Positions 45,797 through 56,002 of a stretch of 64,000 nt of DNA are shown here, piece after piece. A program made the translations under genes and the position numbers. Location of the stretch: NCBI GenBank assembly GCA_963666835.2, contig CAXXGO010000001.1, positions 2,048,001-2,112,000 of the forward strand, read 5' to 3'. This DNA is from Phycisphaerae bacterium. GTDB lineage: Bacteria; Planctomycetota; Phycisphaerae; UBA1845. Numbering within the stretch: position 1 is the first letter of the stretch; each line of letters begins with the position of its first letter. The notes beneath the pieces are model-generated. The model was not told the DNA's origin and ran no database searches. It worked only from the letters and a program-made list of their open reading frames with translations.

Positions 45797-47131
45797 TTAT
45801 CCGCGTATCACCCAGCGAAGCATCTGGGCGAAGTTCGCCCCTTTACCCTGCATCAGAATCCCGACCCGGAAGATCCGGCCGGCGGCGAAGACGCAGACGA
45901 TTGTGGTTAGTAGGACCAGCACGATTCCCACGACCGGCTGCCACAGCGGGACCCCGGGCGGCACCGCCTGCCGGATGGTCATCAGCATGGGCGTGGCGGG
46001 CGGAATCAGCGACAGAATAACCGACAGCGGGGCGGTCGGCTCGCGTACGACGAAGATCCAGCAGAACAACGGCATGGCCACGACGATCATCACCGGCATC
46101 AGAGCGCTCTGAGATTCCTTCATGTCCGAGACCGCCGCGCCGATTGCTACGAAAACGGAGCCGAACATCAGCACCGCCAGAGCAAGGAACGTGACGAACC
46201 AGATCACCAAGTGCGAGGGGAAGTACTCCTCGAAGCCGGCGTGTCGGATTGCGAAGTACGCCCCGAACAGGTAAATGACCGCGAGCGTCAGCGATACTCC
46301 GACCATACCGATCAGCTTGCCCATCATGAGCTGGAACGGCGGGATCGATCCAAGGAGGACTTCGGCGATCCGCTGCATCTTCTCTTCGAGCACGCTGTGA
46401 ACCAGTGGGGTGGCGCCAATGTTGATGATCATGAACATCAGCATCATCATACCCATGGGTATGAATATGTTGGCCAGCTCGTTAGTCTCGGTCGCCTTGG
46501 TGATGTTCCCCTCCTTGTCGACCGACACCAGGCCGAGGTTGGCAATCGACATCCACTTCGTAGCTTTCTTGACCACTTCCTGGTCGAGCCCGGCCTTGGC
46601 GAAGCGGAGTTCCTTGATCCGATTGTTGATGGGAAAGCCTACCCAACGCTGAAAATCGTCACTGGTGGGACTGTTTGAATGGTAATCAATCGACTGACGC
46701 GAGTCACCGTCTTTCGGGGTAATTACGTCGGGCTCTATAATGACGAACGCGAATAGTTCGCCGTCGCGGACCCGATTAGACAGATTCAGCTTAACCCGCT
46801 CCGGGTCGTCCGCGGTGGGGGCGATTCGTTCTATGACGAAGCGGGGCATGACTTGCTTACGCTTTCCGTTCTTCGTTTCGTAGATCCCCTGGTCTTTGAT
46901 ATCCTGCTCGTTGCGCTCGTTGGACGCCTCGACAATCGCGTCGAACAGCTCTCCAGTGTGGTCCACGATGGCTACATGCCGGTCGGAGATGTCGCGTTTG
47001 TCCTCCAGAATGGTCTGGGCAATCAGTACGCCGCACATCAGAATGGGCATGGCGATCATGCTAATGACAAAGGCCTTCGTTCTGACAGCGGCTTGATACT
47101 CGCGGACGGCGACGACGATCATCTTACGCAT
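45797..47131 (-). CDS. ABC-2 type transporter permease (NatB-like)
   Basis: VAVREY..VRTKAF, VLEEKMQRIAEVLL, LMMGKLIG, SLIPP..PMLM, RIFRVGILMQGK. Confidence 0.88.
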   Translation of the reverse strand: MRKMIVVAVREYQAAVRTKAFVISMIAMPILMCGVLIAQTILEDKRDISDRHVAIVDHTGELFDAIVEASNERNEQDIKDQGIYETKNGKRKQVMPRFVIERIAPTADDPERVKLNLSNRVRDGELFAFVIIEPDVITPKDGDSRQSIDYHSNSPTSDDFQRWVGFPINNRIKELRFAKAGLDQEVVKKATKWMSIANLGLVSVDKEGNITKATETNELANIFIPMGMMMLMFMIINIGATPLVHSVLEEKMQRIAEVLLGSIPPFQLMMGKLIGMVGVSLTLAVIYLFGAYFAIRHAGFEEYFPSHLVIWFVTFLALAVLMFGSVFVAIGAAVSDMKESQSALMPVMIVVAMPLFCWIFVVREPTAPLSVILSLIPPATPMLMTIRQAVPPGVPLWQPVVGIVLVLLTTIVCVFAAGRIFRVGILMQGKGANFAQMLRWVIRG

Positions 47132-48068
47132 GGCTGGCCTCCTGAGCTTGGGACGCGGTGGCGGCCGTGTCTGCCTCCGGGCCGGCTATCCTGACGAAGA
47201 TGTCGTGAAGCGACGGTTTGGCAAGCTCGAAGTGAGCCACCCGCCCCCGCGCCATCAGAGCGGCGAGGGTCTGTTGCGAATCGGTGTCCGGAGCCATCCG
47301 CAGTTCCTGGAGATGGCCGAAGTCCGTTACCTTCTCAACTCCTTCGATTCCACGCGGGTCGAATCCTCCGTTCTCCACCTTCACTCTGATCGTATCCTGT
47401 CCGTATGAGTCCTGGATCGAAGCGAGCGTGCCGTCGAGCACCTTGTTGCCCTTGAAGATCATGAAGATGAAGTCGCACATCTTCTCGGCCACGGCCATGT
47501 CATGGGTCGAGAAGATCACCGTGGCGCCGCGCTGCCGCAAAGCGAGGACCTCCTCCCGCAGGACATCGGTATTCACGGGGTCAAGCCCGGTGAACGGCTC
47601 GTCCAGGATCACGAGTCTCGGATCGGCGATGACCGAGGAGATGAACTGGACCTTCTGAGCCATGCCCTTCGACAGGGTCTCTATCTTGCGGTTTGCCCAG
47701 TCGGCCAAATCCAGCCGATCGAGCCAGTGCTTGACGGCGGCGTTGAAGTCACGCCGCCCTTTAAGTTCGGCGTAGAACCGCAGGAGGTCCCACACTTTCA
47801 TCTTTTTGTAAAGGCCCCGCTCTTCCGGCAGGTAGCCGATTTCGTCGTTAGCGGCCGTCAGACTCTCCTCGCCCAACACGCGAATCCGCCCGGTTCCCGC
47901 ATCGGGCCGGTAGATCCGCATGATCATCCGCAGAGTAGTCGTTTTGCCCGATCCGTTGGGCCCGATGAATCCGTAGATTGCGCCTTCGGGTACGGAGAGC
48001 GAGAGGTTGTTTACTGCGATGTGCTCACCGAACGTCTTGGTGGCGTTTTCAATCTCGACAATGTTCAT
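47124..48068 (-). CDS. ABC transporter ATP-binding protein
   Basis: GPNGSGKTT, LSKGMAQK, ILDEPF, FSTH. Confidence 0.93.
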   Translation of the reverse strand: MNIVEIENATKTFGEHIAVNNLSLSVPEGAIYGFIGPNGSGKTTTLRMIMRIYRPDAGTGRIRVLGEESLTAANDEIGYLPEERGLYKKMKVWDLLRFYAELKGRRDFNAAVKHWLDRLDLADWANRKIETLSKGMAQKVQFISSVIADPRLVILDEPFTGLDPVNTDVLREEVLALRQRGATVIFSTHDMAVAEKMCDFIFMIFKGNKVLDGTLASIQDSYGQDTIRVKVENGGFDPRGIEGVEKVTDFGHLQELRMAPDTDSQQTLAALMARGRVAHFELAKPSLHDIFVRIAGPEADTAATASQAQEASHA

Positions 48069-48305
48069 TATTTCAGGTTCCCGCCTGGTTCGGATCCGCT
48101 CCGCCGATTATGCAGACCCGAGAAACCACGTTCATGCATCGTACTTGCGGAGTGCCGTGGGCTCAACAGCAGGGATGTACCTTGTTGTGCTGGCAGGCTG
48201 GACAGAACCGGACAGAAAAGAGGCGATGGTGTTGCGGTGTCGCACCATCGCCTCTGTGTAGTCTGTAATGCGATGTCTTGGCCGGCGGTAAGCCGGTCCG
48301 TGAGT

Positions 48306-48587
48306 TTAGTTTACCAGGTCCTTGCCTCGCTTGGTCAACGCGGCGGCCATGATCTGCTGCCCGGCCTCGTTGCTGAGGTTGCCGGACCAGATCAGCCCCT
48401 CCGCCCGGAGCTCTTCGAGCCAGTCCATCATGTTGTCCGAACACTGCTCCACCGTGAAGCCGGAATGATCGGCGATTTCACCGGCGAGTTCGAACTCCGT
48501 CAGGGGACCACTGCGCAGTCTTCGCAAGATCACAAGCTGATGCTGTCGTAATGCGTCCATCGTGTCGATCATGACTCGTCTCCCCAT
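48306..48587 (-). CDS. small winged-helix-like protein
   Basis: ILRRLRSGPLTEFELA...LEELRAEGLI...LTKRGK. Confidence 0.6.
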   Translation of the reverse strand: MGRRVMIDTMDALRQHQLVILRRLRSGPLTEFELAGEIADHSGFTVEQCSDNMMDWLEELRAEGLIWSGNLSNEAGQQIMAAALTKRGKDLVN

Positions 48588-48929
48588 CTTTCCGACCCGG
48601 TCGCCCTTTCTTACGGTATATCGATCGAGCCGCGTTCTTCCCCGGAACCGCCAGATTGTAGGCGTACTACCGTACCCGCATCAACCTGCGCGCCGGCAAG
48701 AAAACAACGTCTTTGACAGTGTTCTTCTGCCTTGGGGGGCTTGACCGGACGCATGACCCGGCCTAGCCGAAACCGGCGTTGGACACTTGCCGATGCGCTT
48801 CGGTCTACGCGGACGTTCGGACTTCTGTGATCGGCGTGGGCGCGGTTGTGCGGCGGGCGTGGTTCTGTACACTTCCCGCATACCGGCCCCGAGCCGGGCG
48901 GACGCGGATGGTCTTTTCAAAGCGATACT

Positions 48930-49592
48930 ATGAGCGAGCAGAACCTACGTATTCACACCGTGAACGACCCGGTGTACGCCGAAAACGGGATGGTGATATA
49001 CCTCCGTGGGAGCGGACCTTGCTGGATTATCGATCCCGGTCTTCCACCGCAAGCGGAGCTAATGGTAAAATACGTCCGTGAGGAGAAGCTCGAGGCTCAG
49101 GCGATCCTGCTGACTCACGGGCACGCGGACCATCTTGCCGGGGTGGATGAGGTCCGCGCCGCCCTCGGCCCCGTTCCTGTCTACCTCGCCAAAGAGGAAT
49201 GGGCGGCGCTTCAGGACCCGATGGTGAACCTCTCCGGGCTTATGGGGCAGGGCATAACGCTGAGCGTAACAGACCAGATGGACCTCGTGCCCGGCGAGAC
49301 GCTGCTACTGGACGGCTTGACCTGGCAGATTATCGACACGTCCGGTCATTCGCCGGGCGGACGGAGTTTCTACTGCGCCGAGGTCGGGACTGTGATCGTC
49401 GGGGATGCTCTTTTCGCCGGTAGCGTCGGCCGCGTGGACTTTCCCGGGAGCAGCGGTAGCCGATTGATCGGAAACCTCCGCGAGAGACTCATGAGCTTGC
49501 CCGATGAGACTCGCGTCATCCCGGGGCACGGCCCCGAGACGACCATCGGACATGAACGCGCCACGAACCCCTACCTCTTGCGCGGGATCTGA
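48930..49592 (+). CDS. MBL-fold metallo-hydrolase (glyoxalase II-like)
   Basis: IIDPG, THGHADH, GHSPG, GDALF..SVGRVDFPG, PGHGPETTIG.E..NPYL. Confidence 0.9.
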   Translation: MSEQNLRIHTVNDPVYAENGMVIYLRGSGPCWIIDPGLPPQAELMVKYVREEKLEAQAILLTHGHADHLAGVDEVRAALGPVPVYLAKEEWAALQDPMVNLSGLMGQGITLSVTDQMDLVPGETLLLDGLTWQIIDTSGHSPGGRSFYCAEVGTVIVGDALFAGSVGRVDFPGSSGSRLIGNLRERLMSLPDETRVIPGHGPETTIGHERATNPYLLRGI

Positions 49593-49767
49593 TTGCGGCT
49601 CTTTACAGGTTGGGTATTACCGTTCCCCCCATGGGGGAAGGGGACGCCGATTAGGCGCCCCCCGAACCCCGCTTGGGTACGCCGGGATCCGCATCCTGTA
49701 CGAGGAGGGCGTAGCGGAACACGGCTGGAGTCTCGCCAACGGCACCACCTCCTATCTGCCCCCTGGC

Positions 49768-50166
49768 TTACTTCGCAGTAACGGTGATCTTCCGCGGCTT
49801 AATTGCCTCGACCTTCGGCAGGCGGAGGGTCAGGACACCGTCAGCGTATTCCGCGCAGATTCCGGCGGCGTCGATGGTCTCGCCGATTTCGAAATTGCGG
49901 TGAAAATCACCGATGTCATACTCGCGCATCAGGTACTTCTGCTGTTCGCAGTCGCGGGGCTTGACCCGTCCATGCACGGAGAGTGTGCCGTTCTCAAAAC
50001 CGACCTCGATGCTGTCGGAGCTTACTCCCGGCATGTCCACCAACAACTTCAACTCATTGCCGACCTCAATAATGTCCACGTTGGGCTGAAACAGCTTCCC
50101 GCAGCAAGGAGCTTCCTCATGGGTCATCTCGGCGCCTGTAGTCTTCTCTAGCGTATTTGTAGCCAT
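49768..50166 (-). CDS. Hsp20/alpha-crystallin small heat shock protein
   Basis: PNVDIIE, DMPGV, F.RNF, YADGVLTLRLPK, PRKI. Confidence 0.92.
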   Translation of the reverse strand: MATNTLEKTTGAEMTHEEAPCCGKLFQPNVDIIEVGNELKLLVDMPGVSSDSIEVGFENGTLSVHGRVKPRDCEQQKYLMREYDIGDFHRNFEIGETIDAAGICAEYADGVLTLRLPKVEAIKPRKITVTAK

Positions 50167-50224
50167 TTCGTTTCTCCTTCCATCAAGTACCCGGACAAGC
50201 CGGGGATGTTGCCGTTGTAGTCGG

Positions 50225-50668
50225 TCAGCTCTTCACTTCGATCCGTCTGGGCAGAACGGCATCCGCCTTGGCGAGGGTGACCAGCAGGACCCCGTCACGA
50301 AGGGAGGCTTCCACCTTCTCGGCGTTTACGTCACACGGCAACTGCACGGTGCGCTCGAAACGTCCGATGCCACGCTCGCGACGGTGATACGTCGCTTCCT
50401 TGTCATCCGACGACCGATGCTCACCCTTAATCGTCAGTTCGTCACCGGCGACGAGAACCTCGAGTTTCTCCATCCCGATACCGGGCACTTCCGCCTCGGC
50501 AAAGAGGTTCTTCTCGTCTTCCCACACGTTGATTGCCGGGAAGTTACGCCGGCCGAACGCGTTAAGGGAGCGGTTCAGGCCGGTGTTCGCCATGACGTTC
50601 TCGAAGAGCCGGTCCATCTCACTACGAAGCCGAACAACCGGGTGATTCATTGTGCGAAGCTCGATCAT
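50225..50668 (-). CDS. Hsp20/alpha-crystallin small heat shock protein
   Basis: FPAINVWED, AEVPG, YHRRER..G.FER...LP, DGVL, PRRIEV. Confidence 0.92.
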   Translation of the reverse strand: MIELRTMNHPVVRLRSEMDRLFENVMANTGLNRSLNAFGRRNFPAINVWEDEKNLFAEAEVPGIGMEKLEVLVAGDELTIKGEHRSSDDKEATYHRRERGIGRFERTVQLPCDVNAEKVEASLRDGVLLVTLAKADAVLPRRIEVKS

Positions 50669-50802
50669 CTCTGTTCTCCTTTATGGTTCTCCGCAGTTCC
50701 GTCGTGCTCCTTCGTCGCCTTCGGTGCGGTACTGCAATGTCGTAACCTTGTCAGCCAACTCCCATCTGCCGGGTGTCGGCGTCATCCACACCCAGCCATA
50801 GG

Positions 50803-50817
50803 GCAAAGGCCGTACCA
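50803..50817 (-). promoter_or_regulatory. putative sigma54 (-24/-12) promoter of the hsp20 pair
   Basis: TGGTACGGCCTTTGC (GG-N10-GC). Candidate enhancer sites CTGCCAGTCTGACAG / TGCGGCAGTTGGCAG lie ~100 bp upstream. Confidence 0.55.
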
Positions 50818-51109
50818 GGAATCGCCGAAGCGGCCCAGGGTCGTAACTTCCGCATTGGCCTGGACTTACGGTCGGGCGCCCGGTGACTGAAACCGGACGG
50901 CTGCCAGTCTGACAGCTATTGTGCGGCAGTTGGCAGCCGGATCGGCGGGGGGGGCGGAAGTGGCTCGGCACAACAGAGCGGAAACCGATACCGCAGGGTA
51001 CCCGACAAGGGAGGATGCGGTTCGGGGGCGTCCCCGGGTAAGTGTGGTCTATGGGCTGCCGTGCCACGCCTTTGGCGCTAACTATCCGGCGTCTTGTCAG
51101 TGGCGTTAG

Positions 51110-52303
51110 TCAATCGGGGAGTACTTCGAGCCCTACGACGGTGACATCATCGTGCGGCTTGAGCGACCCGGTCTCGACGTCAAGGCGGGCGTCGATCTCG
51201 CGGACCATTTCCTTGATCGGCAGGCGGGCAAGTGACTCGAAAGCTCGGTGATACGCCGTCGTGTCCAGATGTTCGCTCTTCTCGCTTTGAAACGCCAGCT
51301 CGACCCCATCGGAGAACAGCAGGAGTTTGTCCCCCGGTTGGAGCTGCGTTTCGAACGTCGGGAAGTCCCCGCCCTTGAACAGACCCAAGAGACCTCCGGG
51401 AGTCTTCAGGTCGGTTATCATCCCATCGGTGGTAGCTAATATGGGATAGGGGTGCCCGCCGCGGGCGTACTGCAGAGTGAGCGTGCGGTGGTTGAACACT
51501 ACGTAACACGCCGTGACGAACTGGGCGTTGGGCAGTGATTGATCCGCCAGGGCGTTGTTGAGAATCGAGATTGTTTCGGATGGGCTGAGGATCGAGTATT
51601 CCTCTCCGATTACCCGCTTGGACACAATGGTCCGCTTGATGAACATGGTCAACAAGCTGGCGGCCATACCGTGTCCCACCGCATCGGCCACGTAGAAGCC
51701 GGTGTGGTCTTCGTCGATTCGGAAGATGTCGAAGATGTCGCCGGAAACCCAGGAGGCCGGCCGGTACACCGTGGCGAACTGCGCATTGCGAATCGCCTCC
51801 CTGGATTCCGGTAAGAAATCACGCTGCAACCGGCTGGCAAGCCGCATTTCCTGGTCGACCTCGCGGAAGTGCTCGTTGAGGCGTTTGCCGAGTCGCTCCA
51901 TGTTCTGCAACTCTTCTTCCAGACGCTGGAAGTGAGCCTGATATCGCCCGATCATCGCTAACCGGCCGCGCAGCTCGGATACGGATACATCGCGATTCAC
52001 CATGTCAATAGTGGAACTTGGGTTCTGGCCGGTGTCGTGGATCTCGTCTGCGATCACGATGGTCGCGATTCGTTGAGCGTCGATCAAGCGAAGCAGGCTC
52101 TTGTAGGCTTGCTGCTGATCGTCGTCTTGCTCGTTATCGATTGGCTGGGCGATTATGACTGCATCTAAGCGTTCGACGCGGGCGGTGTTCAGGGCGCTGC
52201 AATAGTCCGGGGTGGTAGTCGTACTCCACCCAACCTCGCTGAGCATCTCGTTCACCCCCTCTGGAAGGGGCCGGTTCGTTGGGTCGATTGTTAATACGTG
52301 CAT
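51110..52303 (-). CDS. PP2C/SpoIIE (RsbU-like) phosphatase with receiver-like N-terminus
   Basis: LQRDFLP, VSGDIFD, VADAVGHG, FVTACY, GGHPYP, FSDG, HDDVT. Confidence 0.9.
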   Translation of the reverse strand: MHVLTIDPTNRPLPEGVNEMLSEVGWSTTTTPDYCSALNTARVERLDAVIIAQPIDNEQDDDQQQAYKSLLRLIDAQRIATIVIADEIHDTGQNPSSTIDMVNRDVSVSELRGRLAMIGRYQAHFQRLEEELQNMERLGKRLNEHFREVDQEMRLASRLQRDFLPESREAIRNAQFATVYRPASWVSGDIFDIFRIDEDHTGFYVADAVGHGMAASLLTMFIKRTIVSKRVIGEEYSILSPSETISILNNALADQSLPNAQFVTACYVVFNHRTLTLQYARGGHPYPILATTDGMITDLKTPGGLLGLFKGGDFPTFETQLQPGDKLLLFSDGVELAFQSEKSEHLDTTAYHRAFESLARLPIKEMVREIDARLDVETGSLKPHDDVTVVGLEVLPD

Positions 52304-52413
52304 TATGCTCAACCAGTGCGCAGACCGCGTACTCGCCGGCCAAACCCGCAGGCATTATCGGAACACAACTGTCGGCTGAGGACGCGCGTGACGCCCAGGG
52401 GGACGTCGACCGG

Positions 52414-52908
52414 TTACGAATCGGCCTTTAACACCGATGCGGGAATCGCCAGAATGTCGCCGGAGACGACACCGAGTTCGCCAAACCGATCGGCGTTAAC
52501 CTCGATGGCGAAGCGGTAGGGGGCGTCCGGGGGGTAGGCGTTGTGCCGGGTGTCCAGCGGGGCCATGGTATGGACTGTGACGACTATGCCGTCTGTACTG
52601 ATGTACGCGATGTCCAGGGGGATGATCGTGTCCTTCATCCAGAAGCTCGTTCGCACGGAATGGTCGAACACGAAGAGCATCCCACGCTCCGTTCCGTCCG
52701 GCAGCGGCTGCATCTGCTCGGCCGTGACCATCATGAGCCCCGCGTTTTGCTCATCAACCGTATCGGCCACCCATAGTTCGAAGGGCTGCCCCTTGATGGT
52801 CATGGCTACTGTCGGGAGCTTATCCAGGCGGTTCGGGGTCGTAGGGGTGCATGCCGGCAAACCGCCGGCCGTCGTTACGGAAATCGCCATAAGTACCAGC
52901 CTTTTCAC
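52414..52908 (-). CDS. DUF192 family exported/lipoprotein
   Basis: VADT..EQ..GLM, GMLFVF, FWMKDT.IPLDIAYI, AIEVNA. Confidence 0.85.
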   Translation of the reverse strand: MKRLVLMAISVTTAGGLPACTPTTPNRLDKLPTVAMTIKGQPFELWVADTVDEQNAGLMMVTAEQMQPLPDGTERGMLFVFDHSVRTSFWMKDTIIPLDIAYISTDGIVVTVHTMAPLDTRHNAYPPDAPYRFAIEVNADRFGELGVVSGDILAIPASVLKADS

Positions 52909-53303
52909 GGGTTCGAATCCTCTGCGCGGGCTGAGGAACTTTCCGCCTCGCTGCGGAGTCTAGCACGTTCGACCCTTCGTTGCGAAATCATCCATCGCGT
53001 GTACCGGACGTCCTTGATGGCCAAAGCGCAGAGCCAAAGAACCAACGCCATGATTACGACCCAATATGCCGCATAAATCCGCGGGTGGTCCGGAATGTCC
53101 ACCGCGTACACGCCCAGGACGAACATGACCGACACAAGCAGGCAGATCGCGGCGCCGATGCGTCTCCACGGTCGCTCCTCTGCGCCAGAACGCCCCGAAT
53201 CATCGCGCCGCCGCACTGGCCGCCCCAAATAGGCCCAAGCCCCGAGCAACGCAAACGTGAGAATGAAGATCGAGAACAGAATTTTCAACCAAACGTCCCC
53301 CAC
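52905..53303 (-). CDS. small membrane protein
   Basis: Three TM segments; coupled to the DUF192 gene. Confidence 0.6.
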   Translation of the reverse strand: MGDVWLKILFSIFILTFALLGAWAYLGRPVRRRDDSGRSGAEERPWRRIGAAICLLVSVMFVLGVYAVDIPDHPRIYAAYWVVIMALVLWLCALAIKDVRYTRWMISQRRVERARLRSEAESSSARAEDSNP

Positions 53304-53550
53304 GCCGTCCAGCGCAAATGCAGCTCAAGTCCGGGTCGCCGAAACGCTCTGCCATCTCCTACATCGTACGTCAGCAACAGTGATCAGTGAAGGACGACGC
53401 GGTTTTTTCACCCAAAGTCGCATCAACAAGGTGTCGATGTACTTCAAAGCACTCACATAGGGCTCAAACGGCCTTGGGGCAAACTCCGAATGCAATCTGA
53501 AGAGCGGGGGGCGGCGATCCGGACCGGATCGCCGGTATGCGCCGACCCGG

Positions 53551-55044
53551 CTACGATTCCGCGCGCAGCCGGGAGAGCCGTTCTTCGATGAGCCGATCCA
53601 CCAGCGCCGGATCGGCTTGGCCGCCGGATACCCGAATTACTTGTCCGCGGAGAAAACCCAAGGCTCCGCAAGCCTTCTTTCGTCCGGATAGAGCATCCGA
53701 CACGGCCTTGGGGTTCTCTGAAAACACCTGTTCCAACCAAGCATCCGTCACCTTCCGGTCGCGGACCTGTACCAGGCCGAGCTTCTCTGCCAGTTGGGCC
53801 GGGGGAGCGGGGTCGTCGAGCATCGCTTGGGCCAAGCGTTCCGCCGCCCTTGCGCTTACCGTTCTGTCGGAGGTCATTCGAGCGAGGTCAGCCATGCGCG
53901 CCGGTTCCATCTTGAGGTCGCTTACGGTCATACTCCGGACCGCCGCCAGCCGGACCCACAGGTTGATCAATTGGGCGGCTGTCGTACGTGGTGGCCCGCC
54001 GGCGGTGATGATCTCGTCAAACAGATCGGCGGTGGGGCGGTGGGAGACGATGATCTCGGCATCGGCGGGTGGTATACCGACGATTTCTGCCAGCCTCTGC
54101 CGCCGTGCGATCGGCAGCTCCGGCAACTCACGACGGATTCTCTCGATAGTCGAGTCCGAGAGCTCTACGGGAACGAGATCCGGCTCCGGGAAATAGCGGT
54201 AATCGTGAGCACCCTCTTTGTCGCGTTGGAACTCGGTGCGACCATCCCTCTCGTTCCATCCGCGGTTCTCATTTGGATGCGTGCCGGCCACGTACGTGTG
54301 ATCGGCGGCCCAGGCCGATACCTGCCGATCGATTTCGAAAGCAACCGCATCGTGGACGGAGTGGAAACTGTTCAGGTTCTTGACCTCGACGATGGGCGTG
54401 CGGTACTGTTTTCCGTCCTCGCGGATCAGGATGTTGATATTGGGCTCGAAACGCATCTGCCCTTCCTGCATCGAGCCGGCGCTTACGCCAAGGTATGTGG
54501 CCAAACGCTGCAGCTCAACGCAGAATGTGTACGTCTCCTGGGCGGAGGTGAGGTCGGGTTCGGTTACGATCTCCAATAGCGGAGTGCCCGCCCGGTTCAG
54601 GTCCACGAGCGTTCCGGGTCCGCAGTCGTGAGTGTTCTTGCCGGCGTCCTCCTCCAAATGAGCGCGCTTGATGCGAATCCGCTTGGTCGCATCTCCGACG
54701 ACAATGTCGAAGTGCCCGTTGGTCGCCAGAGGCAAGTCGTATTGGCTGATCTGGTAACCCTTGGGGAGGTCGGGATAGAAGTAGCTCTTACGATCCCACT
54801 TCGTACGTTGAGCTATCGTGCAGTTCAGCGCTAAACCGGCATGGATCGCCAGTTCCACCGCCTGACGATTGATGGTTGGCAACGCTCCGGGATGGCCCAG
54901 GCACACCGGGCAGACCAGCGAGTTCGCGGGAGCCCCGAAACGAACCGCGCAGCCGCAGAACATCTTGGTTCTGACAGAAAGCTGGACATGGACCTCCAGT
55001 CCGATTATCGGATGTACCGTCAACGCCGGCTCCGTCTTACTCAC
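53551..55044 (-). CDS. gatB: Asp/Glu-tRNA amidotransferase subunit B
   Basis: IIGLEVHVQL, CPVCLG.PG.LP, RKSYFYPDLPKGYQISQ, HLEEDAGK, DLNRAGTPLLEIV, DYRYFPEPDL. Start uncertain (up to 55092). Confidence 0.95.
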   Translation of the reverse strand: MSKTEPALTVHPIIGLEVHVQLSVRTKMFCGCAVRFGAPANSLVCPVCLGHPGALPTINRQAVELAIHAGLALNCTIAQRTKWDRKSYFYPDLPKGYQISQYDLPLATNGHFDIVVGDATKRIRIKRAHLEEDAGKNTHDCGPGTLVDLNRAGTPLLEIVTEPDLTSAQETYTFCVELQRLATYLGVSAGSMQEGQMRFEPNINILIREDGKQYRTPIVEVKNLNSFHSVHDAVAFEIDRQVSAWAADHTYVAGTHPNENRGWNERDGRTEFQRDKEGAHDYRYFPEPDLVPVELSDSTIERIRRELPELPIARRQRLAEIVGIPPADAEIIVSHRPTADLFDEIITAGGPPRTTAAQLINLWVRLAAVRSMTVSDLKMEPARMADLARMTSDRTVSARAAERLAQAMLDDPAPPAQLAEKLGLVQVRDRKVTDAWLEQVFSENPKAVSDALSGRKKACGALGFLRGQVIRVSGGQADPALVDRLIEERLSRLRAES

Positions 55045-55151
55045 CCGGTCCCGAGGATCCGCCACGGGTTGGATGATACGGGGAAGCCTCAAAGGCGGCG
55101 AGCGTGGTGCCTGACGTTAGCGGCTTAGCAGCCCGCCTCCCGTTTCCCGAC

Positions 55152-55910
55152 TCAGGGGCGGCTGGCGATTGCGACCGCCAGCGGGTTGACAAACCCGGGA
55201 ACCACACGCTCGGTCGCAAGTTCGTCGGTTACGTCGAACAGGGTGCCGAGGGCCTCCACCAGAGTGTCCGGAGCGTCAACCCCCCAGTACTTCCGGGCGG
55301 TCAGGAAAACGCTGATCGGAGCGTTCTCGAATGAGCCACTACGAACCTCGTACGTGGTGGTCCGCGACTTGACCTCAACATAAGCCTGCAGGTCACATTC
55401 CGGTGACAGCGCTACTCCGAAGTAAGGCTGCGCGTCGATGATGTGGGCGGTATCGTCTCCGAACAAGAAGCCCCCGGCCGCATGATCGCCCATAAGGGTC
55501 TCGGCCACTAACTGATCGTGGTTTCCGCGGTAGTCCAGATCAAACCCGTAGATGAGCTCCAGATGGTCGAAATCTATATCGCTAAAGCTCAGATGGTACG
55601 GAGCCTGGGTCAGGATCAGACTTCCGAACCGCCGGACCTCCTCGATGTCGGGGGGCGAGAAGTGCCCGAAGCGCAGACTACCGTGGTCCAACCGGACCCA
55701 CCTGCGCGAGCCGCGGTCCCCGACCGATTCTTCCTCGAGCAGCAAGCACCCATCATCCCGGCGACGCAACTTGCTCAAACCGGGGTACTCCTTACGAAGA
55801 CGGTCGAAGAAGTGCAGCACGGTGTCGCGTTCCAACGGCATATCCAGCTTGAGGAACAGACGGCAATTGATATAGAACTCGTCACACACCGCACCGAGTC
55901 CGCTGTTCAT
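55152..55910 (-). CDS. conserved hypothetical protein
   Basis: Long ORF with host-like codon usage (CDEFYIN..L.LKLDM..RDTVLHFF..). Confidence 0.7.
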   Translation of the reverse strand: MNSGLGAVCDEFYINCRLFLKLDMPLERDTVLHFFDRLRKEYPGLSKLRRRDDGCLLLEEESVGDRGSRRWVRLDHGSLRFGHFSPPDIEEVRRFGSLILTQAPYHLSFSDIDFDHLELIYGFDLDYRGNHDQLVAETLMGDHAAGGFLFGDDTAHIIDAQPYFGVALSPECDLQAYVEVKSRTTTYEVRSGSFENAPISVFLTARKYWGVDAPDTLVEALGTLFDVTDELATERVVPGFVNPLAVAIASRP

Positions 55911-56002
55911 CGTAATCCTCCGGGCCGGCGGAAGCACCAAAACCAATAATCGAGTATTATCGCCCAAACGGTTGCCGAATTCAACCGACATGGAGGTAGC
56001 TA

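Noticed and set aside
45797..48068. ABC exporter as the dedicated RiPP transporter
   Set aside because: Opposite strand, generic NatAB-like pair with no peptidase domain; the precursor has its own signal peptide. A link is unsupported but not excluded.
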